A program made the translations under genes and the position numbers. A stretch of 64,000 nt of DNA from a virus. The notes beneath the pieces are model-generated. The model worked only from the letters and a program-made list of their open reading frames with translations. It had not been told where the DNA came from and searched no databases. Of this stretch, positions 9,816-20,295 are shown piece after piece (position 1 is the first letter of the stretch; the number at the start of each line of letters is the position of its first letter). The stretch lies in the IMG/VR virus record IMGVR_UViG_3300042341_001047. One strand, written 5' to 3'.

Positions 9816-12800
9816 ATGAGTTGGAATACATCAGTATCAGGAATATCGTCAGCAGATTGGAGATTAACAACAATAGGCACTGGAGGGCCCACTCCAATTA
9901 GAATGCGTGTTAATAGTCAAGTATCACCATCAAAGTTAACAACCTTAACATATGTTAGTTCAACCAACTATCAATTTAAAAGTGGTAAAACTTATCAATT
10001 TGTTACAGATGTTTATTATTATATGAATAATTTAAATCCAAATTCAGCGTCCTTTTCGATATCAACTCCGATTGAAACAGTATCTAATTTTCAATGGGAT
10101 GAGAGTTTAGATTATAATAAATTTAAAGGAACAAGTCCTTCGATTTTAGGAACAGGAACATCAGTTGGTAGATTTCCAGGTATTACAAATTCTAATTTTT
10201 ATTTTTACGCGACTCCACCAAGTGATATATCAACAAAAAATATTATTGAGTATAATGCTAATAATAAATTTGGAACTGCTAGTAATACAGAAACAATTAG
10301 CGCCGGTATAACCAACTTCAATTTATCTGAAATGGATTATAGAATCCAAGGTTTTGCCTTTTATAAATGGGGTGATGCTCCATATTCAAGAGCCGGAACA
10401 TCTTCTACTTTCACAGGAGCTTATCCACAAAATGGACTTGGGTGGACATATGATGCTAACTATAATTCTGGTGAGCTTTTACACTGGTATGACGATTCAC
10501 AAGTTAATCTTAATCCAGTTGGTGGTGGACGAACAACTAAAATAGGATCGGTTGGATATAGACAAAATAATTATATAGCAAAATTTGTACCATATACTTA
10601 CTTTAACTTCTCATTTAATTATCAAAATCAACATGGTGATTTTCCACTTGAGATATATTTATCAAGTACACTACCAACAAATAATCCGGGATCATTTTCA
10701 AAACCAACTAATGCGTTATTAATTGGAACACTAACTCAAAGTATTTCTGTAATAGCTGGTGTGACCTATTCATCTCGCTCATATTCAATACCTCACAAAT
10801 TCTTCTCATTAGAAGGTGGTAGATATATTTATTTTAAAGGACCATTCGTAGGAACCCAAAGTTCAGCTACATATAGTAGTATTTTCATAACAGATATAGT
10901 GGTAGAGGGTGGATATCATCCAGGCAATAATGAGCAATATCAAACTTCAAATGTTACTAGTATAATACCATATGGACTAATTGGTGCAACATATTCAACA
11001 TATGTTGGTAATGGAAACACAATAAACGCAACACAATCACTATCAATAAGTCAAATTAATGCAAATATAGGAAATGGAACTTTCAAGTCTGGTGTTTGGG
11101 AAAATGGAGTCTGGAATAGCGGATGGAGATATGATGATAGTGTTCAAGAATTTAGTAAAATATACCAATACTTCACCTACAATAAATCAAAAAGATGGAG
11201 AATTCAAATAGAAGGACCATCAGACGCGGTAAATAGCTTTGAAATTGGAGATAAAGTGTCTATTGGTAATATAATAGCTATAGATATTAATGAGAATAGA
11301 AAAACAATTAAAGGATATTTCACAATAATAGCCAAAACTGATTTTACAATTATTGTAGAATTTGATAATGATTTTCCTTTAAGAAGAATAGAAAAAGATT
11401 CAGACAATCACAGAATATATGTAACTAAAAATGTATGGTTATCAGGGGCATTCTTTAATGGATATTTCAGAGGAGTTTGGAATTATGGATTATTTAGAGG
11501 ATATCCAATGATTACTGAAATGTATGACACACATTGGGTAGATGGTATATTTGATGGTGGACATTTTAACACAAGCTACTACACAGTACCTAAATTTGTT
11601 GATACTTTATTTTATCCTAATGAAACATTTGGTGGAAGAGTAGGACTTACATTCTCTAGTAAACACGGATTGGCTGTAGGTGATACAATATTAGTAGATA
11701 AAGATAATAAAAATATCAATCCACAATATGATGGTGAAACGACTATTGATAATGTAATTAATGACTATCATATTGTAACTGCTTTACCTTGGGGGAATGA
11801 CTCAACAAGTGAAGGTGGTACAGTATCTGTAACTTTATCTAAAGGAGTTGTTCAAAAAATGCAATTTAAATCTAAAAATAGATCTAAAATAACATCAAAT
11901 CAATCATTAGAAAGTACATCTGTATTTATTTATGACTCATGGATGGATGTAAACTACTACAATACAAGTGCTGTTAATATTGGAAAACCTCAATCATTAG
12001 TAAATACTTTATCTGGAAAAGATTATTCTGAAAATAACTTATATGGATATCCAACAAATGATGTTTTAGAAAGCTCATCAACATTTAGAGATAGTTTTTC
12101 CACAACTATAAGAGAGTATAGTTTAGGAACAAAATATAAGATATTTAACAATTATATAGGCGATGCTGGTAATTTCCAAGAACAATTTGGAAGCACAAGA
12201 GATTACAATCCAATTGGAACACCTACCGAAAGTGTAGAGAGAAATAGTTCAGATAGTAAATTTATAAATCTTGGTTGGACTTATTCAAGATACAATGCTT
12301 CATCTTTAACATTCTCAAGAACTTTTGACCTAGGTGAAGAGGGAGTTATAGGACAGGAGTTATTAGTAAGAGCTATAGGAAGAGGTGGTATTTTAGATAT
12401 TTATCCATTAACAGATGATGAAATAATAGCTAATAGAACAAATGATACAATAAAGAAATTAAGATATACTGCTATTGAGTTTGATTTAGTTAGTCACTCA
12501 GAACTTCTTGAGGATGGGGGTACTTTTATAGAAAGTTCAGTTCCAACTTTACCTATACTCACAAAAAAATCTTTATTCCCAACTGGAAGTCAAGGAGGAT
12601 ACCCTATACCAATGTTACATTTTAATAATATAAACACGACTCTAAGAAATATTTATTACTCAACTTTAGGTGCAGGTGGTGGTACAGTATCAACAATAAT
12701 ACCAGCATCTTATTTACCGATTAGTTCAAATGTCAATCACTTATCTACAAGTAAGAAAAGAAAAATTGAATATTTTTATAATAAGAAAAATCTATCAATG

Positions 12801-13154
12801 AATTTTAGTGGGTACGTTGGATATACTGTTCAATCAACTTTTAATTATGTAATAGATAACATTAAATTTATAGAGATTGATATGATTCCCTTTTTCCAGT
12901 ATTTCGTTGAATCAAATATTAATAAAGGTATACAAATTCCTTTTCAAGGAATATCACCTTATATAGATTATAGTAATCCATTCTTTAATTTCTTAGATAA
13001 TATATCACTTGGTGTTAGCAGTATTGCTGTATCAAATTCAAATGTTGCAGTTAGTGGAGTAGGTGTTGGTGTTTCAACAAATAATCCACCAGCAAATAAT
13101 CCAGCAGGTGGATTATTTGAGACCGGAATAGGAACTGAGGGTCGAGGTGATTAG
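9816..13154 (+). CDS. large probable virion structural protein
   Basis: 1112 aa; GVWENGVWNSGW and GYFRGVWNYG repeats shared with the neighbouring gene. Confidence 0.6.
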   Translation: MSWNTSVSGISSADWRLTTIGTGGPTPIRMRVNSQVSPSKLTTLTYVSSTNYQFKSGKTYQFVTDVYYYMNNLNPNSASFSISTPIETVSNFQWDESLDYNKFKGTSPSILGTGTSVGRFPGITNSNFYFYATPPSDISTKNIIEYNANNKFGTASNTETISAGITNFNLSEMDYRIQGFAFYKWGDAPYSRAGTSSTFTGAYPQNGLGWTYDANYNSGELLHWYDDSQVNLNPVGGGRTTKIGSVGYRQNNYIAKFVPYTYFNFSFNYQNQHGDFPLEIYLSSTLPTNNPGSFSKPTNALLIGTLTQSISVIAGVTYSSRSYSIPHKFFSLEGGRYIYFKGPFVGTQSSATYSSIFITDIVVEGGYHPGNNEQYQTSNVTSIIPYGLIGATYSTYVGNGNTINATQSLSISQINANIGNGTFKSGVWENGVWNSGWRYDDSVQEFSKIYQYFTYNKSKRWRIQIEGPSDAVNSFEIGDKVSIGNIIAIDINENRKTIKGYFTIIAKTDFTIIVEFDNDFPLRRIEKDSDNHRIYVTKNVWLSGAFFNGYFRGVWNYGLFRGYPMITEMYDTHWVDGIFDGGHFNTSYYTVPKFVDTLFYPNETFGGRVGLTFSSKHGLAVGDTILVDKDNKNINPQYDGETTIDNVINDYHIVTALPWGNDSTSEGGTVSVTLSKGVVQKMQFKSKNRSKITSNQSLESTSVFIYDSWMDVNYYNTSAVNIGKPQSLVNTLSGKDYSENNLYGYPTNDVLESSSTFRDSFSTTIREYSLGTKYKIFNNYIGDAGNFQEQFGSTRDYNPIGTPTESVERNSSDSKFINLGWTYSRYNASSLTFSRTFDLGEEGVIGQELLVRAIGRGGILDIYPLTDDEIIANRTNDTIKKLRYTAIEFDLVSHSELLEDGGTFIESSVPTLPILTKKSLFPTGSQGGYPIPMLHFNNINTTLRNIYYSTLGAGGGTVSTIIPASYLPISSNVNHLSTSKKRKIEYFYNKKNLSMNFSGYVGYTVQSTFNYVIDNIKFIEIDMIPFFQYFVESNINKGIQIPFQGISPYIDYSNPFFNFLDNISLGVSSIAVSNSNVAVSGVGVGVSTNNPPANNPAGGLFETGIGTEGRGD

Positions 13155-13864
13155 ATTTTATTCTTTTTCAATAAAAGGTAACCAACTTTACCAGGCTCTG
13201 TTTTTGAAACATTACCCATAGCAGGTATTTTTGTCTCATCACCTTCTAATTTGATTTTAGTTATTTTTTGTTTTCCTAAAATTCTTTTCTCACCATTACA
13301 ACTCTTACAAGGATTCAAACCAACTTTACCTTTACCCATACAGAATGAGCAATCATATCCCATGTATTTACCACTACCATCACAGAAGTCACATCCATCA
13401 TCACCATCAAAAGTTTTAAGTATATTACCATCAACATCTTTAATAACTATCTTAGAAGACATATCTTTACCAGTTCCGTCACAAGGTTTACATTTAACAT
13501 ACCTTTCATATTCTATATTACCATCAAATGAATCATCAATATTAATATAGATATCAAGTACTTCTGTTTTCTTAAAGTTGTCTAAATGGTCTTTACTTTT
13601 ATGATAATCAAACTCAACATTTATTTCAAAAAACTCAAAATACTCATTATAGTTATTTCCAAACTTACTTTTAACATCATAATCTTTTCTTTGTTCTCCG
13701 CAAAGTATATCATATGCTTCTGTCATTTCACCAAAAGTAACTGGATCCCCACCTTTATCCGGGTGGTGTGTAAATGAAAGTTTATAATAAGCCTTTTTTA
13801 TTATTTTTTCATCGGAATTATTATCAACTCCAAGAATTGAATAATAGTTTTTATTTAAATTCAT
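13151..13864 (-). CDS. dnaJ: DnaJ-like co-chaperone (J domain plus Zn finger, no G/F region)
   Basis: NYYSILGV, HHPDKGG, four CxxCxGx(G) motifs. Confidence 0.88.
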   Translation of the reverse strand: MNLNKNYYSILGVDNNSDEKIIKKAYYKLSFTHHPDKGGDPVTFGEMTEAYDILCGEQRKDYDVKSKFGNNYNEYFEFFEINVEFDYHKSKDHLDNFKKTEVLDIYINIDDSFDGNIEYERYVKCKPCDGTGKDMSSKIVIKDVDGNILKTFDGDDGCDFCDGSGKYMGYDCSFCMGKGKVGLNPCKSCNGEKRILGKQKITKIKLEGDETKIPAMGNVSKTEPGKVGYLLLKKNKI

Positions 13865-14066
13865 AGAATCCTATATTTTTTAATTTCTCTTTCATTTCAG
13901 ATTTGTTTTTTGTTAAACCAACAATATCACAAACTTGTTTTGAAATACCACCAGATTCTATTATAAGAGCATCCGGTTTTGTTACATAGTTAATTAGATA
14001 ATCCAATCCTTGTTTAGCGGCAGATTCTAAGTTTTCTAATTTGATATATCTTTTATTAAAGCTCAT
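13851..14066 (-). CDS. hypothetical protein
   Basis: 71 aa ORF in a coupled minus-strand operon. Confidence 0.6.
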   Translation of the reverse strand: MSFNKRYIKLENLESAAKQGLDYLINYVTKPDALIIESGGISKQVCDIVGLTKNKSEMKEKLKNIGFYEFK

Positions 14067-14256
14067 TTTTATTCAGTATTTGTTCAATTTTATAGTCTCT
14101 ATTTTTTCTAAAGTTTATAATAGAGAATGATTCTTCAGATCTAAATCCACAATGTTTACAAATATAAACGAGTGGTTTTGGAATGTATCCATAATTAGAA
14201 ACAGGTTCTGAAAGACTTGTTTTAATATCAGTAGATTCACATTCTGGACAATTCAT
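14056..14256 (-). CDS. tagged Zn-ribbon protein
   Basis: CPEC...CKHC; RDYKIEQIL. Confidence 0.7.
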   Translation of the reverse strand: MNCPECESTDIKTSLSEPVSNYGYIPKPLVYICKHCGFRSEESFSIINFRKNRDYKIEQILNKNEL

Positions 14257-14546
14257 ATATCTAATATCTGATTAATTTTTTTTTCTCTTAAAATTGCTTT
14301 ATTTGTTCTTTCAAATTCACCTCTTTCATCTTTATAACCACAATCATTACAAATACTTTGTGATGGAATAGTCGGTTTAGAACCATCGGTTGGTATAAAA
14401 AACTTCCATTTAATATTCTTACTTTTACAATTCGGACAACCTGATAAATCTTCTAAAGTTCCTATAAATCCTGACTTTTGTAATTTTCCTAAATCATATG
14501 TTTTATTACTTTGATTAGGAAACAAACTAAGTAATTTTTTAATCAT
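14253..14546 (-). CDS. tagged Zn-ribbon protein
   Basis: CPNC...CNDC; REKKINQIL. Confidence 0.7.
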   Translation of the reverse strand: MIKKLLSLFPNQSNKTYDLGKLQKSGFIGTLEDLSGCPNCKSKNIKWKFFIPTDGSKPTIPSQSICNDCGYKDERGEFERTNKAILREKKINQILDI

Positions 14547-14730
14547 TACTTCTATATTTCTTATTAATATAAGCAGCTCTACTTTTAGCGGCTCTCTTTC
14601 TATCAGATTTAGGAATAAATTCTTTTCTATCTCTAATTTCTTTAATAGCTTTAGTTTTGTCCCATTTTCTTTTTAGAACTTTCAAAGCTTTTTCAATTGG
14701 TTGTTTACTATTTACTTCTACAATTAACAT
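14539..14730 (-). CDS. rpsU: ribosomal protein bS21 (phage-encoded)
   Basis: MLIVEV...IEKALKVLKRK...KEIRDRKEFIPKS.RKR...AAY matches the bS21 pattern. Confidence 0.85.
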   Translation of the reverse strand: MLIVEVNSKQPIEKALKVLKRKWDKTKAIKEIRDRKEFIPKSDRKRAAKSRAAYINKKYRSND

Positions 14731-14740
14731 ATATTTTAAT

Positions 14741-15547
14741 TTATTTTATAATACAATAGATTGGACAATGGTCCGATATTTTTCTAGCTAACTTTAAATC
14801 TTTAAAGTCATTAAAGAATAAGATAACATCACTTTTACTTAAAACTAGTAGTGATGATATAAAAAAGTTATCATATTCCATATTTAACTTAACACCATTA
14901 TCTTCTTTCATTTTAAGTGAAGTCTTTTTACCTATCAAGGTTGGTTTAGACCATTTTTTAAGTTCATTAAATCCAGGGTCAGATTGTGATAAATTTAAAT
15001 CTCCCATTATAATTATTCTTTTATCCTTGTAAGTATTTTTCAATGTTGCTAAATGAACTGCCTCCAAAGCTGGATTTTTATCAGTTGGGACTAAGTGTTC
15101 ACTGAAAAGATAATATTCATTATTCTTAAATATAAAAACTGCTCGAAATGGTTCTCTATTTATTTTATCTTGTATAGACTTCTCTAGTCCAGATTCTTTT
15201 AATTTAACTCTATTTTTTTTATATAAATAAGCGTATCTTTCCGAACCATCACCAGTTGTTGGATCAGAAACAACATAGTCCCAAGATGTTCCAGTTCTAT
15301 CTAATAAGTCATCTAATTTAGCAACCGCTTGTGCTCCAAATTCAGAAGTAGATACTTCTTGAATAGCAATAATATCGTAGTTTTTAATTTTATTACAGAT
15401 ATAATTCATTGTAGTATCATTTTGTGATTTACTTCTACCAAAGTTTTGAATATTCCAAGATATTATATTTAGATAAGATGTGTCTGTCTGTGAATATCCA
15501 AATAGTGATATAAGACAAAATAGAATTGATAATTTTAATCTTTTCAT
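14741..15547 (-). CDS. DNase I-like exonuclease/endonuclease/phosphatase with signal peptide
   Basis: SWNIQNFG, DIIAIQEV, ERYAYLY, REPF, GDLN, SDHCP; hydrophobic N-terminus. Confidence 0.88.
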   Translation of the reverse strand: MKRLKLSILFCLISLFGYSQTDTSYLNIISWNIQNFGRSKSQNDTTMNYICNKIKNYDIIAIQEVSTSEFGAQAVAKLDDLLDRTGTSWDYVVSDPTTGDGSERYAYLYKKNRVKLKESGLEKSIQDKINREPFRAVFIFKNNEYYLFSEHLVPTDKNPALEAVHLATLKNTYKDKRIIIMGDLNLSQSDPGFNELKKWSKPTLIGKKTSLKMKEDNGVKLNMEYDNFFISSLLVLSKSDVILFFNDFKDLKLARKISDHCPIYCIIK

Positions 15548-15612
15548 TGAAAATTATTTTTTTGTAAATTATATATTTAATATATACTCTTATATAAAAT
15601 ATATTAATAAAG

Positions 15613-17145
15613 ATGTTAAAAAGATACTTTGATTTTGTAAATGAATCTCTAAACTTAATACTAGAGTCCGATGTTGTTTATTCTAGTAAACTTAGAAATG
15701 TATTATCTAAAATAGATAGTGAAATCTCTAGAAAACTTATTGAGATAGAAAATAGAGACCTTCCAGTTAGAAGTAACTATTTTGATATCATTTCAGATAA
15801 AAATGATATGGTTTCATTTATACCAGATAGAAAAGCTCAAGAAATACTTAAAGATGTTAAAGAATTCTGGAGATTCAATGGATCTGGCGGAGGTTGGTTA
15901 AAACACTCAGAATCAAATGCTGAATTGTTTTCTAAATTAGGATATGTTCCAGAAGGAAATCCTTATTCACCAAACTCAAGAGATATTGGTGAAATAGTTG
16001 CAGAAACTACTTCAGAAACATCTGGTAACACATATTGCTGGGTTAAATTCATGAATGGTACTGGAGAATATATTGGACAAGGAGTTTATAATAAAGAAAA
16101 ACTTATAAAAGCAGAAGGAATTAAAGAGAAAGAAGTTTGGACTAAAAGTAGACAAGAAATCGGTGTAGGTAGAGGAATTAGAGCTTTATTATTAACAACT
16201 GGTGAAAAGTTTTTAGATAAAGATATTGAACAATTTGTTAATATTTATAAAGCAACAATTGATAAATTAAACGATAAGTTTAGTTTTTTTGAAGTTGTTA
16301 GTGGAACAGATATTCATTATTGGTATAATTATGATAATTATTACCAAAGAAGTGGATCATTAGGAAGTTCTTGTATGGCAAGTGCAAGAGCAAGTTGGTT
16401 AGAAATATACACTGCTAATCCAGAACAATGTTCAATGGTTATATTCAAATCACCAGATGATATTAATAAAATAGTTGGAAGAGCTATCTTATGGACTTTA
16501 ACAGATGGTAAAAAGTTCATGGATAGAATCTATACTATAAATGATTCAGATGTTCAGTTGTTTAGAGAATACGCTAAAGAAAATGGATGGTATGCAAAAT
16601 ATCATAATAGTAGTACATCAAATTCCGATGCTTACGCACCAGATGGTACAAAAACAAACTTGAATTTAAGGGTTAATCTTTCTCAGAAAGACTACGACTA
16701 TTTTCCTTATTTAGATACTTTAAAATATTTTACACCAGGAAGTGGAATATTAAATAACACTGATGGTGAATATGCACTCGAAGATACTGGAGGTGGTCAT
16801 TCATCTTGTGATTGTTGTGGTGGAAGTGGTAGAACTGAATGTGGTGATTGTGATGGAAGAGGAGTAGAAGACTGTAGTAATTGCGATGGAAGTGGAAAAG
16901 AAGAATGCTCAGAATGTGATGGTAATGGGAAAAACACTTGTAATAATTGTGATGGTTCAGGAAAAGTAGAAGATGATGAAGGAAATGAGATTGATTGTGA
17001 TGAGTGTGATGGAGATGGTGAATTAGAATGTGATGATTGTAATGGAAGAGGTAAAGTAGATTGTGATGAGTGTGATGGAGATGGTGAACACGATTGTAAT
17101 AGTTGTGGTGGAGATGGTGAAGTTGATTGTTACGAATGTAACTAA
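15613..17145 (+). CDS. head-leader protein with SCM/RAILW/MDRIY domain and C-terminal CxxCxGxG array
   Basis: Paralog of 33339..34292; nine CxxCxGxG repeats plus terminal CxxC. Confidence 0.7.
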   Translation: MLKRYFDFVNESLNLILESDVVYSSKLRNVLSKIDSEISRKLIEIENRDLPVRSNYFDIISDKNDMVSFIPDRKAQEILKDVKEFWRFNGSGGGWLKHSESNAELFSKLGYVPEGNPYSPNSRDIGEIVAETTSETSGNTYCWVKFMNGTGEYIGQGVYNKEKLIKAEGIKEKEVWTKSRQEIGVGRGIRALLLTTGEKFLDKDIEQFVNIYKATIDKLNDKFSFFEVVSGTDIHYWYNYDNYYQRSGSLGSSCMASARASWLEIYTANPEQCSMVIFKSPDDINKIVGRAILWTLTDGKKFMDRIYTINDSDVQLFREYAKENGWYAKYHNSSTSNSDAYAPDGTKTNLNLRVNLSQKDYDYFPYLDTLKYFTPGSGILNNTDGEYALEDTGGGHSSCDCCGGSGRTECGDCDGRGVEDCSNCDGSGKEECSECDGNGKNTCNNCDGSGKVEDDEGNEIDCDECDGDGELECDDCNGRGKVDCDECDGDGEHDCNSCGGDGEVDCYECN

Positions 17146-17555
17146 TCTATAACTTGATTAATTTTCTTATCTCTTATAAATGATCTATATATCTGGAAAT
17201 ATTCAGATTTCTCAGATGCTATTGTTTCTTCAAAATTACTATAATTTAGTTCAATTTCAATTGAAAGTGGTATAAAATTACCATACCAATCAAAACAATC
17301 ATTTTGTATTTTTACAATAGTGGATGAATTAAATATACTAAGAACCTTAAATTGATCAAAAATTATAATTGTTCTTTTATCAAAAACATCAATAGGATCA
17401 TTGGTATACTTATTCATCCATTCTTTGAAAAATCGGATAGAATTTTCACAATTTGTAGTAACCTTTATATAAGACCTACCTGTTTCAGATACCATATTAA
17501 CTTTAGATATCTCACCTATAACATTTAATCCATTTTTGTCATCTATTAAAATCAT
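17142..17555 (-). CDS. tagged protein, possible degenerate tail-tube-like fragment
   Basis: FFKEWMN...KRTIII...FDW...SIEIELNY; RDKKINQVI. Confidence 0.55.
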   Translation of the reverse strand: MILIDDKNGLNVIGEISKVNMVSETGRSYIKVTTNCENSIRFFKEWMNKYTNDPIDVFDKRTIIIFDQFKVLSIFNSSTIVKIQNDCFDWYGNFIPLSIEIELNYSNFEETIASEKSEYFQIYRSFIRDKKINQVID

Positions 17556-17842
17556 ATACCTAAATCTTTTAGTTTTATTTGTCTATTTATATTTTTAAGA
17601 CATAATGAATAATCATAAATACTACAATTGTAAACTTGTTTACAATAATCATCTATTATTTTATCGCAAGTATTCCAATCAATAAACTCACCATCGGGTA
17701 TTAATATATTAAATATTTCTTTTGATTTAATACGCTCTTTATCTCTAGCAATAGCAGCCTTCTCATATTTTTGACAAAAAATAGCTTCTTGCTTTTCTTT
17801 CATAGCTTTAAGATATTCTATAATTAAATTATCAATTTTCAT
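17552..17842 (-). CDS. tagged UVR (UvrB/C, ClpC M-domain-like) coiled-coil protein
   Basis: KEKQEAIFCQKYEKAAIARDKE; RQIKLKDL. Confidence 0.7.
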   Translation of the reverse strand: MKIDNLIIEYLKAMKEKQEAIFCQKYEKAAIARDKERIKSKEIFNILIPDGEFIDWNTCDKIIDDYCKQVYNCSIYDYSLCLKNINRQIKLKDLGI

Positions 17843-19580
17843 AATTAAGATTCACTTCTTCAATTGATGAGAATATTTCCTTATTTATTTTTAGTATCCT
17901 ATCAAACATTTCCTGGTTCAAAATAGCATGATGTACAACAAATATATTAATGTTATAATCGTTTGCAAATGACTTTAATAGTGCTAAAATAGAATCTATA
18001 CCTTCTATGTCAATTGAAGAAAAAACTTCATCTAAGAAGAGAATATTGATATGCCTTTTAGTTCTAATTAACTTCAAATAAGCAATTAAGATACTAATAT
18101 TTACTTTTTTAGTTTCTCCAGTTGAAAGTGAATCATGTTCAATTACAGAACCCAATTGTCTTATTTCAGCAGTGAATGTTTCATCTAACTTAACATCAAA
18201 TGGTAACATCATTTTTTTAATATTCTCAGATATAAAATGATTAATTGGTTTGATAATACCAGAAATGATAGACTTCTTAACACCATCTTCACCAAAGATA
18301 CGATTTAGCTCTTTGTAATAAAGTTCTTTTTCTTTACAAACGGTAATGTTATCACTACTAACTACTTTCTTTTCCTCAAGCTCTTCAATGGTATTTTGAA
18401 ACTCTTGAATATTAATAGAAGGTGTTGTATTAGTAGGTGCTTTTTGACTAGCTTTCTTTTGAGTTAGTTTTTCAATCTCAGATTTATAGCTTTTAAGTAA
18501 ATAACTTAAATCATTAAAAGAGTTTGTTGTTGTTTCAGATAAACCCTTTAACTTAATTTGTCTTTCTTTTACTAATTTTATATTATCTTCAATCTCAGAT
18601 TTAATTTTCTCATATCCAGCTTTCTTTTCAACAAAAGAATCTCTTAGCGTAACAAAGTGATCAGAATTAAAATCTGTTCTACAAGTGGGGCATTTACCAG
18701 AGTCATATAAGTCAATTTCTCGTTGTACATTTTTAATATCATTTTGTGTATTAATATACTGCTTTTTCTCATTATCCAATTCATTATTTAATTCGGTTTC
18801 TTTTTCCTTGATTTTATCCATCTTTTCTTTCAAAGATTTATAATCATCTTTTCTAGAATTCATCTCATTTGTGATTCTATCAATCTCAGATTGAATATCT
18901 TCTTTCTCACGTTCTAAGGCTAGTCTGGCTTCTTCTTTTTGTCTTTCAATAGCTTTATCAATAGACCTTTGAATAGATGAAATTGAATCATCTAAAGTTC
19001 TAATTTCTGCATCAAAAGAAGCTGCTCTAGTTTTATTGTTTTTTGCGATATCTTTTAAGATACCATTTAAGATATTGATAACTTCTAAGTTGAACAACTT
19101 ATCTAAAAGAAGTTGTTTTTCCTCGTTTGAGAGTGAGATGAAGTTTTTGAAGTCATTAATAGACATTGATATAAACGACTTAAAAGTCTCTATATCCATA
19201 CCAACATACTTTTCGATTTTCTCATCGACATTAGCTTTACCAGCTCTTTCATTAACTACACCATTTTCGGTAAGTTCAAGTACACTTGGTGATATACCTC
19301 TTTTTATTTCTACCTCAGTTCCTAATGATGTAAACTTTATACGATTTAAAAGTTCACCATTAATTCTATTTGGAAGTGTTGATAGAGTAGCCCATCTTTT
19401 TTTACGACCTCTAACTTTTCCGTAAAGAGTATAATCAAATGAGTCTAATAAAGATGATTTCCCAGCTCCATTGTTTCCAACAAGAAGTATAAGTTCACCT
19501 TTTTCTGTATTTAATTTTAAAATTTGTTCGTTGTTACCATAAGATTTAAATCCTCTAATTCCTAATTCATTAATAAGCAT
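17832..19580 (-). CDS. gp46/SbcC/Rad50-like recombination endonuclease ATPase subunit
   Basis: GNNGAGKSS Walker A, CPTC hook, LSTGE signature, FLDEVFSSID, coiled coil. Confidence 0.92.
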   Translation of the reverse strand: MLINELGIRGFKSYGNNEQILKLNTEKGELILLVGNNGAGKSSLLDSFDYTLYGKVRGRKKRWATLSTLPNRINGELLNRIKFTSLGTEVEIKRGISPSVLELTENGVVNERAGKANVDEKIEKYVGMDIETFKSFISMSINDFKNFISLSNEEKQLLLDKLFNLEVINILNGILKDIAKNNKTRAASFDAEIRTLDDSISSIQRSIDKAIERQKEEARLALEREKEDIQSEIDRITNEMNSRKDDYKSLKEKMDKIKEKETELNNELDNEKKQYINTQNDIKNVQREIDLYDSGKCPTCRTDFNSDHFVTLRDSFVEKKAGYEKIKSEIEDNIKLVKERQIKLKGLSETTTNSFNDLSYLLKSYKSEIEKLTQKKASQKAPTNTTPSINIQEFQNTIEELEEKKVVSSDNITVCKEKELYYKELNRIFGEDGVKKSIISGIIKPINHFISENIKKMMLPFDVKLDETFTAEIRQLGSVIEHDSLSTGETKKVNISILIAYLKLIRTKRHINILFLDEVFSSIDIEGIDSILALLKSFANDYNINIFVVHHAILNQEMFDRILKINKEIFSSIEEVNLNYEN

Positions 19581-19631
19581 TTATGTTATATTATTTTTAT
19601 AAATATTATATTAGAAATAAATGAATTGTTA

Positions 19632-19982
19632 TTACTTATCCTGAGAATTTATATCATTTTCATCAATTTCTTCACCAAATGAAGATGATGTGTCGGGCGT
19701 GAGATGATCTGAAAAGTTCATTTCATCAAGTCTGTTAATAATCTCGTCATAAGGAACTACTTTTTTAAGTATAGATACTAATAAATCTCTATAACCACCC
19801 CATAGTTCAATTGGGCCTATTTCTCTTTCAATACTCTCATCAACAGTTAATGCTAGCATTACATCAGAATAATATAAAGTACCATCTGAAAAACTATTAT
19901 TATAGTTTATTGAAAGTAAAACAAGAACACCATTTTCGTATTTACCAAGATAGTCTATTACATCAGCTGTTATATTAATCAT
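19632..19982 (-). CDS. hypothetical protein
   Basis: 116 aa ORF. Confidence 0.6.
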   Translation of the reverse strand: MINITADVIDYLGKYENGVLVLLSINYNNSFSDGTLYYSDVMLALTVDESIEREIGPIELWGGYRDLLVSILKKVVPYDEIINRLDEMNFSDHLTPDTSSSFGEEIDENDINSQDK

Positions 19983-19988
19983 TTGATT

Positions 19989-20267
19989 TTAGATTTTTTC
20001 TCCTAAAATAAATTCTATCTTTTTGAATCTATCATCAGTATCAGTGAAGATAATGAATACCCTATCGATATCTTTAAATTCTTTTGATTCGCCAGTAAAT
20101 TCATTAACCATTACATCTTTTTTGTAAACAACATCAATTCCAGGTTCTTCACCTAAAAATCTACGCATATCTTCTTTAATCTGTGATAGTTTCCAGTCAT
20201 CATTTTTAAAATCAATCTTAGAGATGTAGTCTCTAATCGCCATTTCTTTCATTGAGCTCATATTCAA
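19989..20267 (-). CDS. hypothetical protein
   Basis: 92 aa ORF. Confidence 0.6.
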   Translation of the reverse strand: MNMSSMKEMAIRDYISKIDFKNDDWKLSQIKEDMRRFLGEEPGIDVVYKKDVMVNEFTGESKEFKDIDRVFIIFTDTDDRFKKIEFILGEKI

Positions 20268-20295
20268 AAGTATTTTTTTATTTATATTCTATTTA

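Noticed and set aside
16980-17100. Direct DNA repeats gattgtgatgagtgtgatggagatggtgaa
   Set aside because: Explained by the CxxCxGxG protein repeats.
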